DNA of 64,000 bases from Promethearchaeota archaeon (lineage in GTDB: Archaea > Asgardarchaeota > Hermodarchaeia > Hermodarchaeales > Hermodarchaeaceae). This document shows, in pieces, positions 1-8,784 of the stretch. Below the pieces are notes generated by a model. That model did not search any database and was not told the DNA's origin. It saw nothing but the letters and a program-made list of their open reading frames with translations. Positions within the stretch are counted from its first letter, which is position 1; every line of letters starts with the position of its first letter. The stretch lies in assembly GCA_048938385.1 (NCBI GenBank), contig JBHLMG010000013.1, forward strand, positions 1 through 64,000, read 5' to 3'. The position numbers were made by a program, and so were the translations under genes.

Positions 1-157
1 CCCCCCCGGGCGGGGGGGCGGGGAGTTGGTTGGTTTATAGGCGTTGCGGTAAGTGGTGAAAAACTGCATTTGGGCTTGGTATAGTTGGGTGTAAGTTGTG
101 TTGGGGCTGAGTTGGGGTGATGGGTCTGAAAATTAATAGGGTTCGTGGTGGTATTAG

Positions 158-1291
158 GTGGTGGTGGATGGGGTGGTGCTGCTGGCTGGTTTGAAGGTTC
201 TGTTGATTGTGGGGTTCTTGTTTGTGGGGTCACTGCCAATTGGTGGTCTTGGTTTACCGCTTCAGGAGGTGGTGCCGGTCATTGTGGATATGGATGTGGA
301 TCCGTCGGATACGGGGGCGCTGTTGTATTTGTTGAAGCATCCGGGTGTTTCGGTGCGGGCGGTGACGGTGTCGTGTGGGATTACCTACATCGATGAGGGT
401 GTGGCGAATGTGTTGCGGTTGTTGGCTTATCTGGGGATTCGGGATATTCCGGTGGCGGGGGGAAAGGTGACTCCCCTTGCCGGGGATAATGCGTTTCCCA
501 CATCGTGGCGGGATGGGAGTTTTAACTTCTATGGGTTAGATTTGCCGCCAACGGACTTGCAACCTTCGGAGCTGAATGCGTCTGAGTTGATCATTTCGGT
601 TATCACCGGTTCTGCAGAGAATGTCACATTAGTGCCTTTAGGTCCGTTGACGAACATTGCCATTGCGCTGCAAGCAGATCCGTCGATAAGGGAGAGAATT
701 ACGGTCATCCACTGTATGGGTGGCGCGGTGACGGTTCCGGGAAATGTTGGTTATGAATATCCACCCATACCGAACTATGCAGCGGAGTGGAACATTTGGG
801 TTGACCCCCTGGCGGCGGATATCGTGTTCACATCCGGGGTTCCCATCACGCTCATTCCCTTGGATGCTACCAATGAGGTTCCAAAAAATGAGGCGTTTCG
901 GACGAGGTTGGAAAGTGAAATGCGGACGCCAGAGGCCGCGATTGTCTACGAATTTCTTCGACCAGGATTGGGTGCCTATTTCTGGGATCAGTTGGCTGCT
1001 GTTGCGTTAACGGATCCATCCGTAGTGACTTTTGAATGGCATTACATTGAGGTGTTGGTCGATGGGGGAAATGAAACCGGCTGGACCCAATCGCTTGTCC
1101 AAGACCCACCGAATACCAAGGTTGCGGTACATGCTAATGCTCAACTCTTCGAGGACATTTTCCTTGCAGTACTCAATTATCTAGAGCCATACCCAGCTCT
1201 CCTGGGCCTCATTATAATTGCCGTCGCCGTTGGTGTAGGAATTGTACTATGTATCATTGTCATAGTATACTTCCGACGAAGGGAACCCTAG
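158..1291 (+). CDS. Nucleoside hydrolase (IU/IAG-NH family) with hydrophobic N-terminus and C-terminal membrane anchor
   Basis: Asp-rich DMDVDPSD, GPLTN, MGG, AEWNIWVDP, PLDAT and YFWD motifs; C-terminal TM followed by RRREP; start codon uncertain. Confidence 0.85.
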   Translation: MVVDGVVLLAGLKVLLIVGFLFVGSLPIGGLGLPLQEVVPVIVDMDVDPSDTGALLYLLKHPGVSVRAVTVSCGITYIDEGVANVLRLLAYLGIRDIPVAGGKVTPLAGDNAFPTSWRDGSFNFYGLDLPPTDLQPSELNASELIISVITGSAENVTLVPLGPLTNIAIALQADPSIRERITVIHCMGGAVTVPGNVGYEYPPIPNYAAEWNIWVDPLAADIVFTSGVPITLIPLDATNEVPKNEAFRTRLESEMRTPEAAIVYEFLRPGLGAYFWDQLAAVALTDPSVVTFEWHYIEVLVDGGNETGWTQSLVQDPPNTKVAVHANAQLFEDIFLAVLNYLEPYPALLGLIIIAVAVGVGIVLCIIVIVYFRRREP

Positions 1292-1492
1292 CCACTCCCT
1301 CTTCATAGCAAAAATCGGTTGCATCAAGGGGCCTTATCACGAGGTGTAGTTGGGGGTTGGGGCATGGGGGTGTGGCTCCAGTAGTGGTGGGTGTGGGGGG
1401 TAGAAGAACTCCACTACTGGCTGGGTGCGAGGATTTTGGGTGTTTTTTAGGCGTTGTGGTTTTGGGTGGAGAGTGGCTGAATGGGGGTTTGG

Positions 1493-2149
1493 TTAGCTTT
1501 TCAAGGGGTTCGTGGGGGGTAGGTTGGTGGTGTCGGTGATATGACGGAGGAAAGTGGTGCCGGCGATGGTGAGGAGGGTGAGCAGGAGGAGGGTGGGTAG
1601 GTAGATCGTGTGTAGGAGGGCGAGGGGGAGAGCGCCGTACTGGCAGCCGATTTGGATGGTGTGGATGCCTCCGTGGGCGTAGAGGGTGAAGAAGTGGGTG
1701 GCGGTGGTGAGGAGGTGGAGTCGTTGGGGGAGGGGGAGGAGGGTGGTGCAGAGGGCTAGACCGCTGAGGCTGCCGGTTTTGGCTCCGGGAAGGAGGGCAC
1801 CGAGTGTGGTGGAGTCGCGGGGGGTGAGGAAGAGCATGCCGTTGAGGGCGCCAAGGCTGCCTCCCAGGAGGAGGCTGATGGTGGTGGCGAGGAACAGGGC
1901 GGAGGGGAAGTGGATGAACATTTGGTAGAGGATGGCGGCGCCGGGGCCTTCAAGGGTCATGCAGTCGTAGGGGCGGTTATACAGGGTGGGTGGGAGGTAG
2001 GCGAGGTTGGCAAGGAGGGTGGTCAGACAGTTGTAGGTTATGAGGGTGGTGGAGAAAATGAGGAGGAACCGCTGCGACCAGAGTCTTTTGGTCTTAGGTG
2101 TTCGGGGTAGAGGTGTTGCCGGTGTCACGGTGTCTAGTGCGAGCTGCAT
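1493..2149 (-). CDS. Hypothetical membrane protein
   Basis: 218-aa ORF with about 4 hydrophobic segments; Leu/Thr/Pro-rich, matching the strong local base skew. Confidence 0.45.
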   Translation of the reverse strand: MQLALDTVTPATPLPRTPKTKRLWSQRFLLIFSTTLITYNCLTTLLANLAYLPPTLYNRPYDCMTLEGPGAAILYQMFIHFPSALFLATTISLLLGGSLGALNGMLFLTPRDSTTLGALLPGAKTGSLSGLALCTTLLPLPQRLHLLTTATHFFTLYAHGGIHTIQIGCQYGALPLALLHTIYLPTLLLLTLLTIAGTTFLRHITDTTNLPPTNPLKS

Positions 2150-2297
2150 CCCTCAGACCTGTAGGTACACAGGTCCTTGGTGGATTATGAATCTACGGTT
2201 TAGAACAGTGCGTTCTCTGGGACTGGTTAGGCGGGTGTGAAAGCGCGTGACCTCGTCATTTGTTTGGTGGGGGGTTCTGGTTGGTTCCCAAGCGTGT

Positions 2298-2753
2298 TCA
2301 CTCGGCTAGGGGGTTACTGGGTTCTGGTGTTAGTTTGCGGTATCGTTCACACAGCGCTGTAGTGAGGAAGATGAAGATGGAAAGTGCGGCAACATGTTGG
2401 ATGATGGCCAAAGGGAACTGAGGGGAGGGCGTCCATTGTGGTCCGAAGTAGTGGAAGAGGGCACTCATTGTGGCGGCGAATAGGAATTGCCAGATGAATT
2501 GTGCTATTTTTTTGTGCTTCAGGTGGGTTTCGAGGTAGTACCAAACGGGCATGTGGAGGAGCCAGGGTGTGGCCATGCCGATGGTCCACAAGGTGTTCGT
2601 GAGGACCGCAAAGACAGTGACGAGCATCAGACTGATCGCGAAGACAAAGATCAAAAAGGAAAACTGTTGGGTACTGAGGCCACTCCACGACAAATTCTTC
2701 TCCCTCTGATACGACTTGGCGAATTTTAAAGAAATAAACATTGCTGAAATCAT
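2298..2753 (-). CDS. Hypothetical membrane protein
   Basis: 151 aa, about 4 TM segments. Confidence 0.55.
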   Translation of the reverse strand: MISAMFISLKFAKSYQREKNLSWSGLSTQQFSFLIFVFAISLMLVTVFAVLTNTLWTIGMATPWLLHMPVWYYLETHLKHKKIAQFIWQFLFAATMSALFHYFGPQWTPSPQFPLAIIQHVAALSIFIFLTTALCERYRKLTPEPSNPLAE

Positions 2754-2965
2754 AAGTCATCTCGTGTCTCACATAATCGCTGAAATTTCAAACAATTACA
2801 TTCAATGTAGAATCCGTTATCCCAAGATATCCGAAATTACCTTTAGGGTAAAAGCGGTATGAGCCTGTTTTTCTTCCAATGATTGGTGTAGCATCTTCGA
2901 ATTCGTTTGACTTCAATGGGGACATTTATCTTCGTGTGTTACTTGTTCTATTACAGGGAGTGTTC

Positions 2966-3184
2966 ATGGGAAAAAAGAAGATGAAAAAAGCAGAAGTGGG
3001 AAAAAAGCCGACTTGGGCTGAATGGCTGATTGAAGGCAAAAAAGCGCTCGCCATCCAAGATGACCAACCTCAAGATTCGAATTTCATTCCCCACGATCAT
3101 GCAACGCAAGGATTTGCTGGCATTTCAAGCCCTAATCCTGGTGTATTATCCGTAAGACCCAAGAAACAGAAGAAGTCCAAATAA
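2966..3184 (+). CDS. Small basic hypothetical protein
   Basis: ATG at 2966 preceded by GGGAG; Lys-rich termini; part of ORF 2879..3184. Confidence 0.45.
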   Translation: MGKKKMKKAEVGKKPTWAEWLIEGKKALAIQDDQPQDSNFIPHDHATQGFAGISSPNPGVLSVRPKKQKKSK

Positions 3185-3369
3185 ACATTCTAGGTTCTTG
3201 CAGGATTTGGGAATTCTTTACTAAAGTCACGCCTTCCCAAACTGCCAAGCACCCGCTGTTTAGAACAGGTTAATCTCCCTTCTTTGCATGAATGTATGCT
3301 CTGCTTGTTCATGCCTCTTCGAATGTGCTTTGAGGTATTCCTTTTGTCAAAGGTAATCTTATGTTGGTG

Positions 3370-3402
3370 AAAAAGGAGGGGAGCCGGGTGGGGATACCCG
3401 GC
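3370..3402 (-). terminator. Putative terminator of the 3435..5177 gene
   Basis: 7-bp stem GCCGGGT/ACCCGGC (3383-3402) followed by a pyrimidine/T run on the minus strand. Confidence 0.45.
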
Positions 3403-3434
3403 GGTGGGGATTCTCGTCTAAGAGCAGCAGGGTG

Positions 3435-5177
3435 TTATGGAGGTTGGTACCAGTCGGCGTAGATGGGGTCGGTTGTGAGGTAGTAGTCGTCGAAGTCGGG
3501 GTAGGGCGTGGTGATGGGGATGCCTTCGTCGGGGGCGGGCCAGTCGGTGTAGGGTACGATGATGATGTAGGGGACATCGATTCCTGGGGTGAGAGGTCCG
3601 GAGGTGGTGGTGGTTTGCCAGTCGTCGAGGTGCCAGTCGGTGGGGCCGTAGGATTTGTCGTACATCCATGGGTCGTAGTAGGCGAAGACGGGGGCGAGGT
3701 CCCATCGGGGTGGCGTGGGCGATGGGTCGTAAAGTTCGCTTTCCGTGGTGATGGTGATGTCGATGGTGACGGTTTTTCCGACGACATTAGGATCGCTGCT
3801 GTCGAAGAGGATGACGTCGAATGGGCCCGTGCCCGGGGTGTCGGTGCAGGCTGGGGTTTCGGTGCCATAGGCGGTGTGATCCCTTGTTATGGTGTAGGTA
3901 TATTCCGTGGTGCCGGCAAAGGATCGAGCGATGTGGATGTCATGGTTGTCGCCGGCTTTGTGGACGACTGAGGTGAATTCCAGCTGGATTGATTCGAGGT
4001 AGCCGTTGGCGTAGGTTTCTTGGACATACATGTTCATGCCGAAGTCGTTGTAGTCGAAGTCGCCGCCTGTGCGGTCTTCATAGCCGATGTAGGCATTGCC
4101 CTCTTCGGGGAAGGTGATGATGATTGGTTGCACGGTGTAGGGAATGTAGGTGGCCCAGTTCTTGCCCAGGAAGTCGAGGCCGTCGCCCCATGCCGTTTCG
4201 GTTTGATAAATGGGGGTGCATTCGAGGCCAACATCGATGAAGGTGACCTGGGCGACGAGGACTTGTTCACCCGTTACAGGGGCTAGGATAACGGCAATGG
4301 AATCGCCGCATCCGGGTTCAAAGTCTTCACCGTTGGCTTGGGCGTCGGTGAGGATTTCGTCGACTCGGGTCTGGCTCCATGCATCGAGACCTGCGGTCGA
4401 TTGTCCATCCTCAATTAAGGCCCAGATGGCTCGTTGAACATCCCCATATGTGTAGATTCCGCTTGAGAAGGGAGACGGTTGACCAACATAGGCTTGATTG
4501 AGAATCCAGTTGACAAGATCCAGGTTCTCAGGATATTCTATCAAGCTAAGGGGAAGCTCTTCATAGCTGGAAAATACATTTGCGGTATACCAGGTGTTTT
4601 GATTGATGACATGATCCGTGTCTGCACACCACCCTTCATAGGATCCAGTCAAGGGATCCCCTTCGACCGTGGTCACGGGGAAATACGCTGGACCACCTGC
4701 GTAGGGATATTGGACGCTCATGGTGACGGTGTCTGGTAACACATCACTGAACTCGTCCAGGCTGGGGGGCTCATAACCGATTAAGCGTTGCACCACGGCA
4801 TGGGCTGCAATAAAGAGGTCAGAATAAGACGGCCAGGTGAGCGAAATCATGTAGGTGTGTTCGGTGATACAGGGGTCCCATTCGTCGTTGTACATGAAGT
4901 GGCCAGGGATGGGGTTTCCTCTTCTCTGTGGAATCAGGTCAGGAGAAGTGGCGATGTGAAGGTGCGTTTCGGTAATGCACCAGGGATCAACAACTTCGTA
5001 TTTCACATAGAGGTAGTTTAGGTCGTTCCAGATACTGACATCACCCACATCGATTGCGGATTTGGCATTACCACCTCCGGCAATCAAATCCACGACCAAG
5101 GGGTCGTCTTCCGTGTGCGCGGCAGTCAGGGGAACGAGTCCGGCGAATAAAAGCACGATTGCTACTCCTAGAAACAC
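3435..5177 (-). CDS. Secreted acidic multidomain surface protein with a putative thioester (TED/TQXA-like) domain and C-terminal LruC-like domain
   Basis: Signal peptide; WCAD...VQRAIW pair; YEDRTGGDFDYND and PYIIIVP..WPAPDE..I..PYPDF motifs. Confidence 0.7.
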   Translation of the reverse strand: MFLGVAIVLLFAGLVPLTAAHTEDDPLVVDLIAGGGNAKSAIDVGDVSIWNDLNYLYVKYEVVDPWCITETHLHIATSPDLIPQRRGNPIPGHFMYNDEWDPCITEHTYMISLTWPSYSDLFIAAHAVVQRLIGYEPPSLDEFSDVLPDTVTMSVQYPYAGGPAYFPVTTVEGDPLTGSYEGWCADTDHVINQNTWYTANVFSSYEELPLSLIEYPENLDLVNWILNQAYVGQPSPFSSGIYTYGDVQRAIWALIEDGQSTAGLDAWSQTRVDEILTDAQANGEDFEPGCGDSIAVILAPVTGEQVLVAQVTFIDVGLECTPIYQTETAWGDGLDFLGKNWATYIPYTVQPIIITFPEEGNAYIGYEDRTGGDFDYNDFGMNMYVQETYANGYLESIQLEFTSVVHKAGDNHDIHIARSFAGTTEYTYTITRDHTAYGTETPACTDTPGTGPFDVILFDSSDPNVVGKTVTIDITITTESELYDPSPTPPRWDLAPVFAYYDPWMYDKSYGPTDWHLDDWQTTTTSGPLTPGIDVPYIIIVPYTDWPAPDEGIPITTPYPDFDDYYLTTDPIYADWYQPP

Positions 5178-5532
5178 AGTTTTCCGTTTCAGAATTTACT
5201 CCTCCCTCAAATTGAGGTGGTACTATTTGCTATCCGTCGCATAAATAGTTTTCAAAAAAGGGGGGCTAGGTTCGTCTGTAGCGTCTGGAAAGTTATTGAT
5301 TCAGGGGTGTGGAGGGGAGTCGGAAGCGTGCAGGGTGCAGTGGAGGTTTCTGTGGACGGCTTTGATATTCTGTTGTTCAAATTAGCGATGATGCGGTGTT
5401 GGTGAGGGAGCGTGTGAGAATGTTGGGTTGGGAATCTAAAGCCTGAGACTCTGCGGATTTTCTTGAGTGCCTGTGAAGTATATATTGGGGTTAGGGGCAT
5501 AGAGAAGAGGCGAACGAGTCTTAGGTGGTTCG

Positions 5533-6828
5533 GTGATGGGCGGCTTCGTGTTTGATGGGTTATCGTTTCGGGAAGTGTTGTACACGGTATTGCTCCCTTT
5601 CTTGGTGACCCTGTTTTTTCTGCAGGGGTTTCGGACCTTCGTGGTGGATGTGTACATTGCGCTGTTCAACATTCTATGGGAAGGGACGGGGGAGTACCTA
5701 CCGTTGTTAGCGTTTCTCGTGTTCGCCATGCCCTTGGTGGCGGTGCTGTTTTTGCGCCGTGGTGTTCCGCCGCGCGTGTTAGGAAGCGGGAGTGCTATGG
5801 GCGTGGCGGTGTGTACTGTGCCATTGAGTCTACTGCTCCCCTATGAGGTTGAGCTCTTGTTGGCGTCGTTGGTGATTGCGATGTACTCGATGTTTTTGCC
5901 CCTGTACCTGTTCCAGCGAAGGCAAGCACCAGCTACGCTCGGTTACTCCGGTGATGCCGCGTTCCTCGCGGTGAGCATGGTGTTTGCCTTCAGTTATGAT
6001 CTGCTCTTTCGCACCATGGGGACAACCTATGATCTTGCGCGAACGCCCCTGGCGTTGCCAGTGCAACTCGTGTTCGCCATCACGATCATCGGTCTGGTCG
6101 TGTGGCACCGCGTCCAACCTCCATCCACCGCGGAGAGTGCACATAACGCTACGGAAACAGGGAGTGGCGGAAACTCACGAGGCTCACGGGTCACGGGCGT
6201 GTTCACGATGGCCGGCCTTGGATTCTTGCTCTTTCTCCAACATGGACTTCTGTTAAATCCTCATAACCTGCTCCGCTGGGTCTATCCCATCTACTTTCTC
6301 TTCGATGTAACGGTCGTCTTACTACTCACCTTTCTCATCCTAGTTTTTGCCGCACTAATCTTAGTGTATAATAGGTCGCGTGCGTCGCTACAACGAGTGC
6401 CTTGGTATTGGCTTGCTATCACTAACCTAGTGCTGACGGTGTTCCTGGCGTTCATCTTCCTTACGGAGGGGTGGCTGGATGCCATTGGAGAGATCATCAT
6501 CATCAGGATGACATTGGGATGGCTGGATGTCATTGGGGTGATTGGGTACCAGCTGGTTCTGATCTTTAACCTCTTTTTCTTACTTCAGTTGAGTCTGCAT
6601 CCCTCCGTCCGCTGGTCCGCTACAACCTTGTTAGTGGCGATGTTTCTAGCTCTGCTCGTTTTTTTGCTGTGGGATGTGATGTTTGCCTTCACCTTCGTCC
6701 ATGCCTATCTCGGCGATATTGGGACCATCTTCGCAGGGCACGCCATCACTATAGTTGTCAGCGCGGCTATAATTCTCGGAATATGTTCCATCTTCGCAGT
6801 CTATAAGCTGAGGAGGTTATCGCAATGA
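5533..6828 (+). CDS. Polytopic membrane protein, resembling the membrane part of CWH43-like proteins
   Basis: About 11-12 hydrophobic helices; ATGA overlap with the downstream EEP gene. Confidence 0.75.
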   Translation: MMGGFVFDGLSFREVLYTVLLPFLVTLFFLQGFRTFVVDVYIALFNILWEGTGEYLPLLAFLVFAMPLVAVLFLRRGVPPRVLGSGSAMGVAVCTVPLSLLLPYEVELLLASLVIAMYSMFLPLYLFQRRQAPATLGYSGDAAFLAVSMVFAFSYDLLFRTMGTTYDLARTPLALPVQLVFAITIIGLVVWHRVQPPSTAESAHNATETGSGGNSRGSRVTGVFTMAGLGFLLFLQHGLLLNPHNLLRWVYPIYFLFDVTVVLLLTFLILVFAALILVYNRSRASLQRVPWYWLAITNLVLTVFLAFIFLTEGWLDAIGEIIIIRMTLGWLDVIGVIGYQLVLIFNLFFLLQLSLHPSVRWSATTLLVAMFLALLVFLLWDVMFAFTFVHAYLGDIGTIFAGHAITIVVSAAIILGICSIFAVYKLRRLSQ

Positions 6829-7829
6829 ATTCTTTCTTCACCCGTCAGTCAAAAACGATCTTTGCCCTTACGCTTCTCTTCCTTCCTATCGTGGTCTCTG
6901 GGTCATGGAGTCTCCTGACCTTCCGCGTAGATCCCCAGCCGTCTGGTGGCTTAACGGTGATGACCTATAACATCCACGAGGCCATCAATGTCAACAACCA
7001 GCTCGATCTTAACGCCATCTTCACAACAATTCAACAGGCCAACCCAGATATCCTCGTGTTACAAGAAGTAGACACGGGCGTGATCATGTCGGGTGGGACC
7101 GACCAGGCCATATGGCTTGCTCGGCATCTGAACATGTACCTCGCCCCGGTCACCTCGACGAACCATATCTGGCAGAGTGATGTCATCCTTAGTAAATACC
7201 CAATTCTCGCTTACGATTCTATCGTCCTTCAGAGTCCTAGCGAAGATGACACGCTCCTTCGCGCCGACATCGAAATCCCAGGGATGGAAATCAGCGTCTA
7301 TGCCGTGCATTTCTCTGCCTTTAGTTCCGCAGATCGACGCGTTCAAGCCGATGTTGCCCTGCCATGGATCACTTCCACACCGGGGCTGAAAATCTGGGCT
7401 GGCGATTTTAACATCGATGCCTACGGCTCCGATTCCACAGATCAAGGCATTTACGCCGATATCTCCACCCACTTCAACGACTCCTTCCTCGTCGCCCTCA
7501 GCGTTATCGGCAACCTCACCTGGCCTTCCACAGGGCCTCGTGAACGCATTGACTATGTCTTCGTCACGCCCACCATTTCGGTGCTGTCTCATATGGTTCC
7601 TTCCTCATTCGCCTCTGATCATCTGCCCGTTTTTGTACAACTCCTACCCCCCTCATCGCCCTTCGCAAAAGAGCTTCAAGTTCCTCCTCTAATTACCGAT
7701 ACGGTGCTCAATCCCCCTCCGCTTCCATCAAGGAGCCTGCCTAAGGACTCACTGAGCCTGATCAGGCGAAATCTTGTACTTGTCAATGATTTCTTCAGCG
7801 TAGGAAGGAAAGTAATTATACAATGTTAG
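6825..7829 (+). CDS. Endonuclease/exonuclease/phosphatase (EEP) protein with N-terminal TM, CWH43 C-terminal-like
   Basis: TYNIH, LQEVD, LSKYPI, GDFN, RIDY and SDH motifs. Confidence 0.85.
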   Translation: MNSFFTRQSKTIFALTLLFLPIVVSGSWSLLTFRVDPQPSGGLTVMTYNIHEAINVNNQLDLNAIFTTIQQANPDILVLQEVDTGVIMSGGTDQAIWLARHLNMYLAPVTSTNHIWQSDVILSKYPILAYDSIVLQSPSEDDTLLRADIEIPGMEISVYAVHFSAFSSADRRVQADVALPWITSTPGLKIWAGDFNIDAYGSDSTDQGIYADISTHFNDSFLVALSVIGNLTWPSTGPRERIDYVFVTPTISVLSHMVPSSFASDHLPVFVQLLPPSSPFAKELQVPPLITDTVLNPPPLPSRSLPKDSLSLIRRNLVLVNDFFSVGRKVIIQC

Positions 7830-7871
7830 TGGTGTGTTTGCTGTGTTGAGTGCCGATGAGGAGGGATTGAT

Positions 7872-8645
7872 ATGAAGTTCTACTACCTCCGATATGCGCA
7901 AAGGTTGCCGGCTTTGTGTGAAATGATTGAGCAGGAGTTGGGTCCGAAGCTGGAGAAGCTGGCGACGAGTAAGGAGTTTGACTTGGAGGTGTTTTTAGCG
8001 TTTGATGGGCAGTATCGACAGCTGTCAGCGGTGGTGGCCTTGTTGGCGAAGATCCATGGCAAGTTTGAACGGTCGATACGGCGGGTGAAACGGTTAGAGC
8101 ATGGGTCGCTCTTTTTCGGGCTGCCTTCCAAGGAGGAGTTGGTGCAAACCTTACAGGAGCTTAAGGAGGATTTTCGCCGCTATCAGGAACCTGTAGTTTC
8201 GGTGGTGTCGAATTTTAGTCCGGAAGAGGTGAAGCGCCTGGATGAGGCTTTCTTTGCGCTGCGGGCACAGTACTATTGGTCCACCATTGTGAATAGTGTG
8301 GTGGCCTTTGAGAATCGCTTGTTGGTCCTGCTGCGAAGGCGCAATCTCAAGTATTTGGAAACGCTGGACAAAAACTTGGGGTTCATGTTTGGTGAGCTTT
8401 CCAAAGTGTATCTCCAGAATCAGGACAAGTTTACCCACCTGATCTCCTCACAGTACGAAGACCTGCTGAAGCTGGTGGAGAGTTACCGCCTGCTCTTCGC
8501 GCATCCGGACCAGTTCCCCGTGGATGAAGGGCGTGCTGAAACCCTGTTCACGCAGATCCTGCAGTTTCTGTGCGATCCAGATTGTCAACCCCCGAAGAAA
8601 CCAGGACCAGAGAAGAAGAAACCCGAAGACACCTTCTTAGTGTAG
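7872..8645 (+). CDS. Hypothetical helical protein with a HEPN/DUF4145-like C-terminal domain
   Basis: EA..ALR..YY....V.AFE..L pattern and Rx4H motif (RLLFAH). Confidence 0.6.
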   Translation: MKFYYLRYAQRLPALCEMIEQELGPKLEKLATSKEFDLEVFLAFDGQYRQLSAVVALLAKIHGKFERSIRRVKRLEHGSLFFGLPSKEELVQTLQELKEDFRRYQEPVVSVVSNFSPEEVKRLDEAFFALRAQYYWSTIVNSVVAFENRLLVLLRRRNLKYLETLDKNLGFMFGELSKVYLQNQDKFTHLISSQYEDLLKLVESYRLLFAHPDQFPVDEGRAETLFTQILQFLCDPDCQPPKKPGPEKKKPEDTFLV

Positions 8646-8784
8646 TTGGGATTAAGGTCACCTGGCGTTACTGGGTGTCCGTTGAACGCAAGCTCTAGTT
8701 TTCTTTCAGCCTCTCCAAAGGTACCAATTTAGGTTTCGGGTGTGAACGCTTGGAGGGAAAAGCCTTCGCATTAGGCATTTGGTG

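Noticed and set aside
1357-2240. Plus-strand Gly/Arg/Val-rich ORFs
   Set aside because: Explained by the G-rich strand lacking stop codons; no recognisable motifs
3359-3971. Long alternative-frame ORFs (3359..3868, 3418..3705, 3432..3971)
   Set aside because: Shadow ORFs of the 3435..5177 gene produced by the G/C skew; low-complexity translations
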